20,000 bases of DNA from Asterionella formosa (Eukaryota). The DNA lies in NCBI GenBank assembly GCA_002256025.1, contig NKIB01012895.1, forward strand, positions 48,487 to 68,486, read 5' to 3'. Under the pieces are notes generated by a model. The model worked only from the letters and a program-made list of their open reading frames with translations, did not search any database and was not told where the DNA came from. The translations under genes were made by a program, and so were the position numbers. Shown here piece by piece: positions 1 to 9,401 of the stretch; position 1 is the stretch's first letter, and each line of letters starts with the position of its first letter.

Positions 1-71
1 GAGGTACCTGATGGTACAAGTTGCGATCGAGTGAATCGTTGGTACTGCGAGGGAACAATAATGTCAATCAT

Positions 72-95
72 TGATGGTGATTCTCATTTGAGTTC
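72..95 (+). promoter_or_regulatory. Conserved upstream element of Cys-rich gene 1
   Basis: TGATGGTGATTCTCATTTGAGTTC begins 110 nt before ATG 182 and aligns with TGATAGTGTTCTCGTTTTGAGTTC, 109 nt before the paralogue's ATG 2607. Flanking upstream DNA is otherwise diverged. Confidence 0.5.
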
Positions 96-181
96 TCATA
101 AAAGTTTTTGTCACAATATATTCCTTCAATCCCTCATAAAAATCAATCATCAATATTTTATTTCAAACGATACCCTTCACA

Positions 182-936
182 ATGAAGATTTCTCTTGCAA
201 TCCTAACGACAGGTCTATTCCTGTTGCCTCTATCATCCTCTGCTTCGGTACTTCGGGGATCTCGCAGCACATCAGTAGAAAACAACGCCGACGAAGGATT
301 GCTAGCTGCGATCGAAGGTCCTTCCGTGCGTAAGTCAATAACAAGCGAATCGAATCTTGATGGAACGCAGCTATAGCGAATAATATAAAGGCCCGCACTA
401 ACAAAAATGTTTGTATAACAGCAGGAAGAGAGATTCTTGAACAAACGCCACATTATTGCCCATCAAGTACCTCCCATCTCTATGAGAATCTTCCCGGATT
501 GACAACATGTTCCTCAAATGCCGATTGCGCTGGCATCTTACAATTTGGATACCAAACCTGTTGTGTTTATCCACTTTGCATTTGTGGGTTCGCGGACACA
601 TCTGGCAATGAACACGTATGCGCATCTGACCCAGGTTCTACTACGCCTGCTCCTACTCCTGCCCCAACTTCTCTGCCGCCACCACCTCCTGTTGGCAGAA
701 CATGTCCAACGTCGGTATCTGAGAAGTACCAAGCATTCCCGAATGTCCAACCTTGCTTTACCAACGACGATTGCGTTGGTTTTGTTAGTCAGGATGGTCC
801 TACCTGCTGTGTCTCTCCACAATGTGTTTGTGGTGTTCAAGAGCTTGGTGCATCGGGCTACGTGGGTTGCGTTGTCACGAGACGAGACAGGGCATTATTC
901 GAGCAAGTGCTGGGCAAGGACCTTCCTCAAGTATAA
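182..936 (+). CDS. Secreted Cys-rich protein, paralogue 1: join(182..329,422..936), ~220 aa; signal peptide, two 8-Cys modules, Pro/Thr linker
   Basis: Exon 1 encodes MKISLAILTTGLFLLPLSSSASVLRG (signal peptide-like). A phase-1 intron at 330-421 joins it in frame to ...QTPHYCPSSTSHLYENLPGLTTC..., which continues as ORF 499..936. The paralogue at 2607-3687 has the same architecture and intron position. Confidence 0.88.
330..421 (+). other. Spliceosomal intron (92 nt, phase 1) with tandem CAGCAG acceptor
   Basis: Donor GTAAGT at 330, branch point-like ACTAAC near 397-402, acceptor CAG 419-421 (alternative CAG 422-424). It contains the in-frame stop at 374-376. Confidence 0.85.
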
Positions 937-2497
937 ATGATACCTGTGTGTTTATTCGTTTTTTGTAAAAAAGCATGGAAATTGTTGAACAAGAGTCAAT
1001 TAGCTTGGAATTTCTAAAAATCTGAAGTGCAAGTCTACAGCTATAAACAACTTTGATGTGCAAAGTGGGTAGAAATTTTGGTTTTGAAGTTTCTTAACAC
1101 AATGTTTTGGTTTTATTCTTTTCGTTCTTGTAAAACTTGTACTGTAGAACAAAATGCACCAGTTCCCATAACATACACAGCCATTATCGATACCAACACA
1201 AAATCATATCCGTTTTCTTTGTTGCCTTACAAACATACACAACAACAAACTTATTGCCTCAAATACTAGCTATTTCCTAGAGTATGTATGATTTGTAGCT
1301 TTTTCTAGACTTCCAATGTCCTGTTTACGTTGGCATATGTCCAACATTTTGGTTCATGGTGCTAGAAATTAACATTAACAAACCATATAACTCATTTATT
1401 GCGCCAGCAGTGGCATATGATGAACAAGAAGAATGAGCATGAAATTTCTTTGTAACAAGCCTAGTAGCATCAACCACCTGAGCCTGGTTCATCTGGCGCT
1501 GTTAAGTATTTCTAGATGATGTCATATCAGACCAGATGCAGTGGAGAATACTAGCTAGAGGAGCAATCAATCTAAAAATAGAAAGTTATAACAAGTGCTC
1601 ATCTGGGTTGCCATGATAACTGCTGATGAACATGCTTTTTTGAAAAAAATTTACTTTCATGCTCCGTAATGAGCTTAGCTAAACGACTGCTGGAGAATAA
1701 GAATGTAGGATACTAATCTCTAGAATACGATTTGCCAGCCATATGATGCACACCTCCTTATGTGGCCACTAACGCCATGCAGGATGAGCAAGGCCAAGGT
1801 TCATTGCAACAAACAAATGAGAACACAGGAATTTCTAGTGTCCCACACTATCAACATTAGTGAGATAAATCTCGAATTAAAGGTTTAGTGCATGTGTGTT
1901 GCCCTCAAAGGGATTTTTCAGTACAAACCACGTTGGCTGAAGTAACTCAAGTCAGCTCCAATGCATATATTTGGGCCTTGTCCTGCCTTCCAAGGGCAAG
2001 CTCCACTCATTGCTCAATAAAATTATTACTATGCAACAAGTGGGCTTGGATGGACAGGAGTATGGTGAAGACAAGGGGAAAGCAAGAACAATTGAGCACG
2101 CGTGTGCTTAGTATTTCGCAACTCCGGAGTACATGACAAAGTGGAACAAAATAGTGTTCAATAGGGTTACGATTACTTTAAATACCAGGCCTACACAAAG
2201 GCTACCTGGCGATACCACCGCCGTGCTCTATTGCAACAAACACGACTTACAACTATGTACTATCCAACCTTATCGGTAACTGGTACTGTAAATACCGGAA
2301 TGTACATCTCACAGTCTTGGATTGCCTCCTTCCTTGGATCGCATCTTTACGTGTGAAAATATATTGTGCTGATTGCGCTGGCCGGCTCCACCAATCATCA
2401 GGAACTGTTTCACTGGCGCGGAATTTTCGAAGCAAGACTTTTAATTAACTCCAAGTTACCATGCCGATCAAGAAATATTTAGAAGCTCTCATTACAC

Positions 2498-2521
2498 TGA
2501 TAGTGTTCTCGTTTTGAGTTC
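2498..2521 (+). promoter_or_regulatory. Conserved upstream element of Cys-rich gene 2
   Basis: Counterpart of 72-95 at essentially the same distance from the ATG. Confidence 0.5.
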
Positions 2522-2606
2522 CATTCATGTCGTGTTTTTCTGCAGCAATCACATCAACATCAAGATAGGCTCATAATTCTTGTTTAAACCATTCAATCAA
2601 AATACA

Positions 2607-3687
2607 ATGAAAATTTCTCTTGCCATCGTTGCTCTATTACCTCTATCCTCTGCTTCAGTACTTCGAGGATATCACACAGCAGTAGATGAAAATGATGATA
2701 GAAAATTGCTTACTGAGGGCGATCTTCCAAGGCGTAAGTCAAAATATTCGAACTATTGACTCCTGATGGAACCCCACAGTCATTCTGTAGAGCCCAAACT
2801 AACCAATTGATTTCCGGTACATAACAGGAAGAAGAACCGACTACACCTGCCCCTCAAGCATCTCTAGTGGCTATTGGAAAAATGAGGGTATCATACCCTG
2901 CATAACGAATGCAGACTGTGTCGATCCAGGGGATTGCTGCATGTATCCGCAATGCATATGCGAACCCTCGAATCTTGGAACAGGAGTAGTATGTCTCACT
3001 GATGACCGTACAGATCCCACTACTTCGCCTCCTATCATTACCATACCCCCTGTTCCAACTCCTGTACCAACAACCCCTCCAACTCCTCCTGCAACTCCAT
3101 CGCCAACTCCTCCTGCAACTCCATCGCCAACTCCTCCTGCAACCGTTGTCCCAAATCCTCCTACTAGTTACAAGACTCAAAAGCCATGGACTGGAACTCC
3201 GCAGTATTGTCCATCAAGCACCTCGTATCTCTATAAGGGGATGTTTGGAAAAACCACATGTACCAAAGGCTCCGACTGCGCTGGTATTATCGAATTTGGC
3301 TACCAAACGTGTTGCGTCTATCCATTGTGCCTTTGTGGTCTTGCCGACACCTCTGGAAGTGAACACATATGTGCAGCTGACCCAGACCCTACTACGCCTG
3401 CTCCTACTCCTGCCCCAACTCCTCCTCCTGTCCAAACTCCAGCGCCTACCCCCTGGTCATGTCCGACACCCATGTCTCCTACTTACCAGAACTTCCCTGA
3501 TGTCGTTCCATGTACTACCAATGCCGATTGCGTGGGTGTTAAGTTACCAGATGGTCCTGTTTGTTGTGTCTCTCCATATTGCATTTGTGGCTACCAATCA
3601 CTCGGTGCCTCTGGCACGGCTGGTTGTGTGCTTAACCGACGAGACCGGGAATTATTCGAACAAGTCCTTGGAAAGGACCTTCCTTAG
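2607..3687 (+). CDS. Secreted Cys-rich protein, paralogue 2: join(2607..2733,2828..3687), ~328 aa; signal peptide, three 8-Cys modules, Pro/Thr-rich linkers
   Basis: Exon 1 (absent from the ORF track) reads MKISLAIVALLPLSSASVLRGYHTAVDENDDRKLLTEGDLPR. After a phase-1 intron, exon 2 reads RRTDYTCPSSISSGYWKNEGIIPCITNADCVDPGDCC in frame with ORF 2941..3687. The C-terminus RRDRELFEQVLGKDLP matches paralogue 1. Confidence 0.9.
2734..2827 (+). other. Spliceosomal intron (94 nt, phase 1)
   Basis: GTAAGTCAA donor, ACTAAC branch point, ATAACAG acceptor. Shares TGATGGAAC and other patches with intron 330-421. Confidence 0.87.
3079..3143 (+). repeat. Coding 24-bp tandem repeat (2.7 copies) encoding PTPPATPS
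   Basis: CCAACTCCTCCTGCAACTCCATCG twice, then CCAACTCCTCCTGCAAC. Confidence 0.9.
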
Positions 3688-5619
3688 AAATAGGAACGAG
3701 CTGTTTGTGCGTTTGTGCGAATTCCTATATTGCATGGTTATGTGATTGAGCGATAATGGCAAAAACAAAAAAAAAGGTTTATCTTAATTATTATAGACAT
3801 TGGTTTATGCATTTGAATAATGATGACATACCTTCCCAACAAGGATTCGTTGTCCACTAACGAGAATTCCATCAAAAACAAAATTTCCATCTCAAGTTAG
3901 GTCACATTGTTCTGACCAGAGACATCATCGATGCCAATCATATATGAACGTGTCATGGCGACGAAAAAAAAACAAAAACTGTGTGTGGAAGCAAACAAGA
4001 TCGTAGGACGAGAACATCTCAAGTGTGATTGATGCCTGCGCTATCATGTATGGTAACGAGTTTGCTGGATCTTATTCATTTATACGCACTGGATAATTAA
4101 TATGGATGGGTGCTGTACCGTTACCGGTTCGTTCAGGTGGACTTTTTGTCGCGCATGGCTGTTGTTCCGCCAAGGCAGTCGTGTTGTACCAGGAGTCGTA
4201 CGAAAATAGCTCATTCTTATCATACTTACATACATGTACCTCGTATACGGGTACACGAAATTATGAAACAGTGATCATCAGCCAAATTCTTGAATACCGG
4301 TACCGGTATATAGCTCCCTCTAATGTTCGTTAATACTGGTAGTTACAACCAAAATAAAGGTCACTGAGGATGATACTTCTTCTGAAGCACAAGCACTGAT
4401 AATTCTCTGACTAATAGCCTCTCCTATTTTAAAATTACTCTGAATCAAATGGTACATATAATTTATGTTTTAAGTACTTGAGAAATGCATTGTTGGTGAA
4501 CCATCCTGAATTGTTGAATAGTGAATGATTATATATTTATACATGGCTCATGTACTAGATTTATTACTATAGTTTGACTTTTACATAATCAACCACTGAC
4601 AAACACTGACAAAATAGATTGAAAATGTTGGATAAATGAAAACAGAAGACTAATTCATTTAGGACATGATACTTTTTCTATAACCTGCTGCTGCTCAAAC
4701 TTTTGTTTCTTCTTGCATTTTCTAGTGGATCATGGCTTGGCATTCAACTTTGTCAACATCAATTGAATCAATGGCAAGTTCCTCTGCCTTTTTGATGATA
4801 ATGTCAAGAAAGGAAAAACTCACCACTCCAAATCCACATTCACTCCTTCATCAACTGGAGCGACACCTCCAAAGAGTTTCCCGGGAACTCCTGCACCTCA
4901 ACATATCTCCCAATGTATTTGGAGGCAAAGGCAATTCATTGTCGCCCCATAAAAACCACAAGACAAGAATGCATTCCGTCTGCTGCTGCGTTGCGCCCTC
5001 CTATTGTCATTTTTCAGCTTGCTTCCAAAGATTACTAGGAAACAGAATCAAACAAAACGTAGCTAGCTAGTACCAATGCTATATACTAGTGACTGCGATA
5101 ACAATAAAAATTGATGTAGTACCATCATGTATATCTGTAGTGCTTCTATTCCTGAGTGGGCTCCCACCATCCAGGTACCAGTTGCATTATTCTATATTTA
5201 AACACATTCTTGATAATGAAAAGAGGTACAGCTTCAGCAACTGCTGCAAAACAGAATTGACAAGAAATTGCTGTACTGTTGTTGGCTACTGATGTTGCAA
5301 AGCTAGCACTCCTGGCACCGTAAATAACTGAAGCATGTTTGAGATCAAAAACTGGCCTAGCAGAAATGTCACAAAATTACCTGGAAGGAGTGGAAGTCGA
5401 TAAAGGTGTGAAGAAATTGTGGGTTATTGAGTCCGCCCCATTCTGGGACTAAATATAGTACACTAGCATGTTATGTACTGTAAAATGTATCATGTACAAT
5501 GCAAACTATTGAGGGTTTGATAGTTATTGCACATCATAGCTAGCTCTCATGAAGGTTGCACTGCAATCGTTTTTGTTGGAATTGGCTGAAACTTGATGGC
5601 TGATGATGGTCCATGGCTC

Positions 5620-6359
5620 TTTCTTGCATGAACAATTCCTTGAATTTCATTTCTTAAATCATCACCAATTCAGTTTCTGATAAGATCAAATTGGGTTACC
5701 AATGACATTATTGAAAATGTGGGCCTCACCAATGGCCTTGGTGCCAGTCAAATCAATTGGATTATTTTTGAGATTCTCTGCAAGGGCCTTGGCACTATCA
5801 TCACCAATCAAACTATTGCTGAAATAAAGTTAAGTCAAAAAAAGAATTAAGGGAATCTGCAATGGCATTGGTGCCAACATTACCAATTCGATTGTCGTTG
5901 AGATCAAGTGAAGTCGTATTGACCTTGAGGGCCAATGCAATGGCCTTGGCGCCAAAATTATCAAGAGAAGCAATTCATTCCAGTATTTACCTAGAGGGCC
6001 TCTGCAATGGCCTTGGTACCAACATCATCAATTGCATTACCATTTAGATCATCAAGTGTACTAGTCAAGACAGTATTGCTCTTAAGGGCATCTGCAATGG
6101 CATTCAACAATTCGATTATCGTAGATATGCAGTTTAGTCAAGACAGAACAGTATTAACCTTGATGGCCTACTATGCAATGGCCTTGGCGGCATCGTCGTC
6201 ACGAATTTGAGCAACAATTTCAGGACTGCTGCTGAGATGCAACAACAATGTAGTCGACTTTGAATCATTCATTTTCGACTGATGAACATTACACATTCTT
6301 CCAGTTCTAGTGACATTGTCAATGGCAGTTTGAATGGAATCAAATTTGTTTTGTGTCAT
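5620..6359 (-). pseudogene. Degenerate RNI-like leucine-rich repeat gene (NLRC3-type LRR consensus)
   Basis: Minus-strand fragments in shifting frames: DDDAAKAIA**, NAIADALKSNTVLT, LNGNAIDDVGTKAIAEAL*VNT, GAKAIALALKVNTTSLDLNDNRIGNVGTNAIADSL (about 5850-5953), IGDDSAKALAENLKNN, DLIRN*IGDD. These match the ~28-aa repeat GAKAIAEALKxNxxLxxLDLxxNxIGDx but carry several stops and frameshifts. Confidence 0.85.
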
Positions 6360-7731
6360 GTTGACAACAGCTTGCTTGCTTCAATTGAAATTTGATGTGA
6401 GGGGAGAGACACAAAGTGACACAGTGTTGAATCCTCATCTTTGCAACAGTACCATCAAAACATGACTAAAACCGAGGGGCGAATAAAAGTATTAGCTGCT
6501 TCGAAGATCAGTAATAGCCACATTCTGAAATTTTCGTATTCAAATATAGTACATCTATAATATACTTCTATAACAAATTCTTCAATCATGGACACTTTCT
6601 TGGAAAGGTCTTGGGGCATATGTAGTGTTGCTAGGTGCATTTGCGTTTTAATTGCTACACCATCTACCTACAGCCAACTTGCCAACCCCGCCATGAAAGA
6701 ATTGTACCCGCTGCTGATCAAATGGTGTCTAAATCTGGAGAAAATACTACATACAACATACATATATATAAATATACCGGCATTATATGGGTGCGGAAAA
6801 GTCTTGGCCAAAATTAATGGTGCTATTGCCTTTCTAGCCCGCTCCAGTACGTACAGGCCGGTCAGGCCGCCCAAGCAACATATTTTTGGGCCGCTCGTTT
6901 GCTTGCATTTAGTAGAAATTCCACAGGCTTCATATAATACACCTGTCGACATCATCAGCCTAACAGACACATTCTGACAAGTCTAAACAGCACACAGCAA
7001 CATGATATATCATATATAGGTATCATGCCAAGACGAAAGACTATATATTCGTACATGAATACGTATATATGCAAACTCTGTACGAGTTCCAGATATACGG
7101 AGCGCAGTTATATAATACATGCCGGTATAGCAAAGGATAAACCTGGATCTGAGATCTGTTCCAGATCTTCTTTTATTAGTAGAGCTCTATGTGATCCTCC
7201 ACATTTTTTTAGCACAAATTTCTATGAACAACGGTAAACAGTACTGAATACTGTAGCGACATCAACTTTCAATCACACCATCATGACGCAACTTTTCCGT
7301 GACTCTACAGTATCTGGCAGTACATATGTGGACGTAGTACCTGGTACCAGGTACCAGGGTAATTTAAGGACTGTTGGTCCTGTAAACTAAAAGACTGACC
7401 AAGCATGATCCTAGCTTCTTCTCACAGACGAGTAAAATAAATTCTTACGATATTCTTTGTTATGAATATAGTCAAGAAGGAACGTATCATCCGCTCTGAC
7501 AAAGCCAAACCCCGCACAAGAAACGCAAGGGAATAGTGTTGTTCATCATCCATTGTAACAAACAAAAACATAATCGCCAACAAACATAGGATATCCTTAA
7601 AGGCGGTAGGTAACAAGACTTGGGATTTTTAATTCGTGACATTTTGGACAACGAAAGTTCGCATTTTTGCGGTCTGATATTGCAATCCAAACAATCCCTT
7701 GTCTCTATTATCTCTCTCTTTCTTTATATAT

Positions 7732-7758
7732 TCTCTCTCTCTCTCAATATATATATAT
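7732..7758. repeat. Compound microsatellite (TC)7 then (AT)6
   Basis: Directly visible upstream of the dioxygenase ATG. Confidence 0.8.
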
Positions 7759-7875
7759 CTGTGTGTTTGTAGGCATCCATTTGTTTGGTGGAAAGGAACA
7801 ACAAACACAAACTCTTTCGTTTCCTGGCGAAACTACCGTTATTTCCGTAACCATTTTGGACACGTTTGTGCAAAC

Positions 7876-8141
7876 ATGGGAAATGCATGTTTTTGTGCAG
7901 CTGTTGTTGATTCAACAGTAACATCATCAACAGCAACAAAAACAACATTACCAGAATTCCATCCTCGAAACACAACGTCGTGCAGTCCTGATCATGATCC
8001 ATTGATTAATGATTTAGTGCGAAGATTAAATCCATCACCCAAGGGACAATATCATTTATTGTATAAAAAAGGAAAACAAGCAAGTACTACTACTGTCAGT
8101 ACTGCAAGGACTACTTCTACTACTACAACTATTCCTGCAAG

Positions 8142-8178
<37 letters not shown>

Positions 8179-9156
8179 TCTACCAGACTTGTCCAACGAC
8201 GAGTGAAGCCAGATGGTGTTGCATGTATAGGGACAAGTGGGACACACATTTATGCCATTCGATATCCAAAGGATGCCATATCCGAACAGCGTCCAGTATC
8301 CGAACAATGTCCAGTCATGACGGACAATGAACCAACAACTATTGTGGATTTGACCAAGGATCCATATGTTCCTGCCTCCATGATTGTGCCACCCAGAGTA
8401 CCAGGTACGTGTGTATATATATACTATATAGTTTGGTGCAAACTTTGGAGTGAATTTCTAATATTTCTCACGACGTTTACAACAACAAATACTATACTAT
8501 ACATAGTCACTGACTGGGTCTGCGTTTCTGAAGAATTGTCCATTTTCGTTTGTGATGTTGGCCTCTCGTCTATGGAATGTGACTTGCTAGTCCAAACCAC
8601 GGAACAAGTTTGCAAGGGAAATTATGCTGCCTACACGTACGCCAAACAAACGTTGGGTTGTCGAGAATTCCCCACCTTGGCACATGACTGTTGGGAAGTG
8701 GTACATCGTGTCACTCATGCCATTTGGATGTATTCTGGATCTACCAAAATTTGTCATTTGGATGATCGAGAACCACACATTGTCAAGTATGATGTAACCA
8801 AGAAGGAACGACAAAAGTTGGATATGCATACAGACAAGTCGGAATGGACGTTTTTAATTGCACTGTCAGATGGATGTGGATTGGATTATGAAGGAGGTGG
8901 GACGTTTTTTGAAGCATTGGACGCCACTGTACATGTTCAGCGTGGACATGCATTGATCTTTCCTGGAAAGTTGAGACATTGTGGTCAACGAATTAATAAA
9001 GGATTGAGATTTTTGTTGGTGGGATTTCTGGTGGACAAAGACCTTGCTGCACAACAACAACAACAACAACAACAAGTATTGTCAGTTTCAAGTGAGCCTG
9101 CTGCATTGCAGGTATCTCCTGTGCAAGTAATTTCTATTTCGACAGTGGAAAATTGA
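7876..9156 (+). CDS. Fe(II)/2-oxoglutarate-dependent dioxygenase (P4Hc/PLOD C-terminal-like): join(7876..8404,8507..9156), ~392 aa
   Basis: Catalytic motifs IVKY...LDMHTD (HxD), TFLIALS, DYEGGGTFF, GHALIFPGKLRHCG (distal His) and GLRFLLVGF (2OG-binding Arg). First in-frame ATG is 7876 (MGNACFC). Intron CAG|GTACGT...CATAG at 8405-8506. Contains (ACT)11 poly-Thr at 8143-8175 and (CAA)8 poly-Gln at 9052-9075. Confidence 0.85.
8405..8506 (+). other. Probable spliceosomal intron (102 nt, phase 1, no in-frame stop)
   Basis: GTACGT donor, AT-rich body with TA runs, CTAAT/CTCAC branch point-like motifs, TAG acceptor. Removal preserves the frame (...RVP V TDW...). Confidence 0.78.
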
Positions 9157-9401
9157 TGGAATGAGTGGTAGAAATACAAAAGGATGGGTTTGGAGTGTAA
9201 TAGCAGTATGAATGCGAGCACACAACGAAATAGTTCCGGAATCTAGAACACGAAAGAGGGACTCAATTTATAAGAACAATGGTAGGTAAATACTATTTGT
9301 ATGCACATTTCGAAAGACTATTGTTTGAGTTATTTGCCTACAGCACATTGTGTTGTAAAGATGGCAATGATGAAGAATATACTACGTGTTGCATTAATGT
9401 T

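Noticed and set aside
31..940. Overlapping ORFs 31..333, 163..453, 177..404, 398..625, 518..940, 538..840, 567..764
   Set aside because: Alternative-frame or antisense shadows of the spliced gene at 182-936, with no protein-like features.
1400..1800. Possible decayed ORF or transposon between the two paralogues
   Set aside because: CpG-poor and stop-ridden, with no recognisable motif or element ends.
2854..3745. ORFs 2854..3180(-), 3002..3745(+), 3214..3435(-)
   Set aside because: Shadows of the Pro/Thr repeat-rich CDS; their repetitive RRSW and LLLQ text is a frame artefact.
5862..6210. + strand ORFs with repeated MAL(V/A)P motifs
   Set aside because: Antisense reading of the LRR pseudogene.
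6455..6977. Minus-strand VDGVAIKT as a PIF/Harbinger transposase remnant; ORFs 6588..6977 and 6668..6970
   Set aside because: Only one short motif resembles the family; no other catalytic blocks or TIRs were found.
7699..7875. N-terminal 59-aa extension of the dioxygenase ORF
   Set aside because: Starts at a non-ATG codon and translates TC/AT microsatellites; probably 5' UTR or intron.
2607..9156. Functional cluster in which the dioxygenase hydroxylates the Pro-rich secreted proteins
   Set aside because: The enzyme has no signal peptide, the genes are 4 kb apart with a pseudogene between, and adjacency alone is not evidence in a eukaryote.
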